A stretch of 64,000 bases of DNA from a virus (Duplodnaviria; Caudoviricetes): positions 32,001-96,000 of the IMG/VR virus record IMGVR_UViG_3300031867_000021. One strand, given 5' to 3'. Every line of letters starts with the position of its first letter. The stretch's first letter is position 1. Below the pieces are notes generated by a model. The model was not told the DNA's origin. It saw nothing but the letters and a program-made list of their open reading frames with translations, and did no database searches. This document shows positions 63,177-64,000 of the stretch, piece by piece. The position numbers and the translations under genes are program-made.

Positions 63177-63404
63177 TCAGTCATATTGCAGTTCGAACCA
63201 GCCGTGCCGGTCGGCATAGTCGAAAGCATCCACACTCTTGAGGCAGCAGTCGCAGGCGAACACTTCGCCGTCCGGTCCTTTGTAGAAGGTATCCGCTGCC
63301 TGTCCACAGATGGGGCAATGAACTTCAGGAGCTTCAGGTACCCCGAACATTTCAGCCTCCCGAATCCTCGGGTCATCCATGATCTCAAACAGCGACATCT
63401 GCAA
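63177..63404 (-). CDS. Zn-finger hypothetical protein
   Basis: CPICG...CDCC. Confidence 0.65.
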   Translation of the reverse strand: MQMSLFEIMDDPRIREAEMFGVPEAPEVHCPICGQAADTFYKGPDGEVFACDCCLKSVDAFDYADRHGWFELQYD

Positions 63405-63645
63405 CCCTCCTCTTCTGTGCTTTTGCTCTGACCTTCAGTCTCGCTTCTCTCGCGGCATCCATCCTCTTCCTGACCACATCCGGCGAATCAACCGTCCGCC
63501 TGTTTTCCCACTCTCGCAGATCCTCTTCCCGAACTCTCAGAGGGCTTTCCATATGCCGCATCTTCCGCATGTACCGCCGGGCAGTGCATTCGCTCGTCCC
63601 GTACCGCTCAGCGATCTCGGCCGCGCAATATAGCTTCTGCAGCAT
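63385..63645 (-). CDS. Excisionase-like HTH protein
   Basis: LY...EIAERYG.S..TAR...V.E.DL..W. Confidence 0.6.
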   Translation of the reverse strand: MLQKLYCAAEIAERYGTSECTARRYMRKMRHMESPLRVREEDLREWENRRTVDSPDVVRKRMDAAREARLKVRAKAQKRRVADVAV

Positions 63646-63669
63646 CCCATTCCCTCCAATCTGCCATTA

Positions 63670-63888
63670 TTAGCCAACTTCTGTTTCCTTCTCCAACTCG
63701 GATTCGCTGAACAAATCGTTCACAGAACAGTTGAGTGCTTCTGCGATTTTCAAGGCCGTTCTCAAGCTCGGCTGTTTGCGCCCAGTTTCAATTTCGCAAA
63801 CAAACGCTTGAGACAAAGAAACTTTCTGAGCGAGCATCGCTTGGCTCATGCCGAGCTTTTCCCTTACTCCCTTTATTCTCACGGGCAT
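63670..63888 (-). CDS. Cro-like XRE repressor
   Basis: R...GMSQ..LA..V..SQ.....IE.G...PS.....KIA.AL......LF; first early gene. Confidence 0.88.
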   Translation of the reverse strand: MPVRIKGVREKLGMSQAMLAQKVSLSQAFVCEIETGRKQPSLRTALKIAEALNCSVNDLFSESELEKETEVG

Positions 63889-63908
63889 CGACCTCCTTTC
63901 CGTAGCTA

Positions 63909-63984
63909 ATTATAGCTTTCTGCTATTCTTTTGTCAATAGCTTACTGCTAATTATTTGTCCTTGATTTTATTCGCTAATAGCTA
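63909..63984 (-). promoter_or_regulatory. Early (cro) promoter TTGACA-N17-TATAAT with three TAGC-N5-GCTA operators
   Basis: -35 63937-63932, -10 63914-63909; operators at 63913-63925, 63938-63950, 63972-63984 (last imperfect). Confidence 0.8.
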
Positions 63985-64000
63985 TATTTTAAATTCAAGG

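Larger units (their letters stand above)
1..64000 (-). mobile_element. Temperate myovirus-type phage/prophage (partial; neither end nor att site visible)
   Basis: Colinear Cro, replication, terminase, portal, MuF, protease, capsid, sheath/tube, tape measure, baseplate, fibre and lysis modules, all on the minus strand. Confidence 0.97.

Overview
The window is one temperate myovirus-type (contractile-tail) phage/prophage segment, probably from a Bacillota/Clostridia host (sigma-A promoters, GGAGG RBSs, SH3b-NlpC/P60 lysin). Almost all genes are on the minus strand. Reading right to left in transcription order: Cro and operators; recombination/replication genes (RecT, initiator, DnaB, ThyX, dUTPase, Dam, SSB); ArpU/RinA late activator; three ParB-like genes, a C5 methyltransferase and the terminase; portal, MuF, DUF2213 protease/scaffold and DUF2184 capsid; neck, tail, baseplate and fibres; a tyrosine recombinase; lysis; and an accessory block with a DUF4942 methyltransferase running off the left edge. 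The standout is the ~15 kb between portal and prohead protease (30.9-45.9 kb). Five large proteins, one of them the C-terminal extension of the portal, share an N-proximal leader ending in D-A/D-E plus a ~30-aa tag (WRTxEEGxHFxLExxTGEIKAGFGGKFNG; degenerate in one copy). Each carries a different toxin-like C-terminal domain: GNAT-like, ParB + CdiA-type nuclease, JAB + DUF3626, papain-fold Tox-PL, and a (p)ppApp-synthetase-like RelA/SpoT domain. Each is followed by a candidate immunity element: small proteins, an HD hydrolase, and in one case a promoter-driven structured RNA. The MuF protein itself is short and carries no toxin. This looks like a tag-addressed, virion-packaged polymorphic effector array. 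The same region holds a type I toxin-antitoxin locus and a tRNA-shaped RNA with a ~180-nt insert. Other oddities: an AT-rich tail-fibre C-terminal cassette bounded by recombinase-like sites next to a tyrosine recombinase, and a catalytically dead paralogue of the endolysin. All domain calls come from motif recognition by eye, not from database searches.
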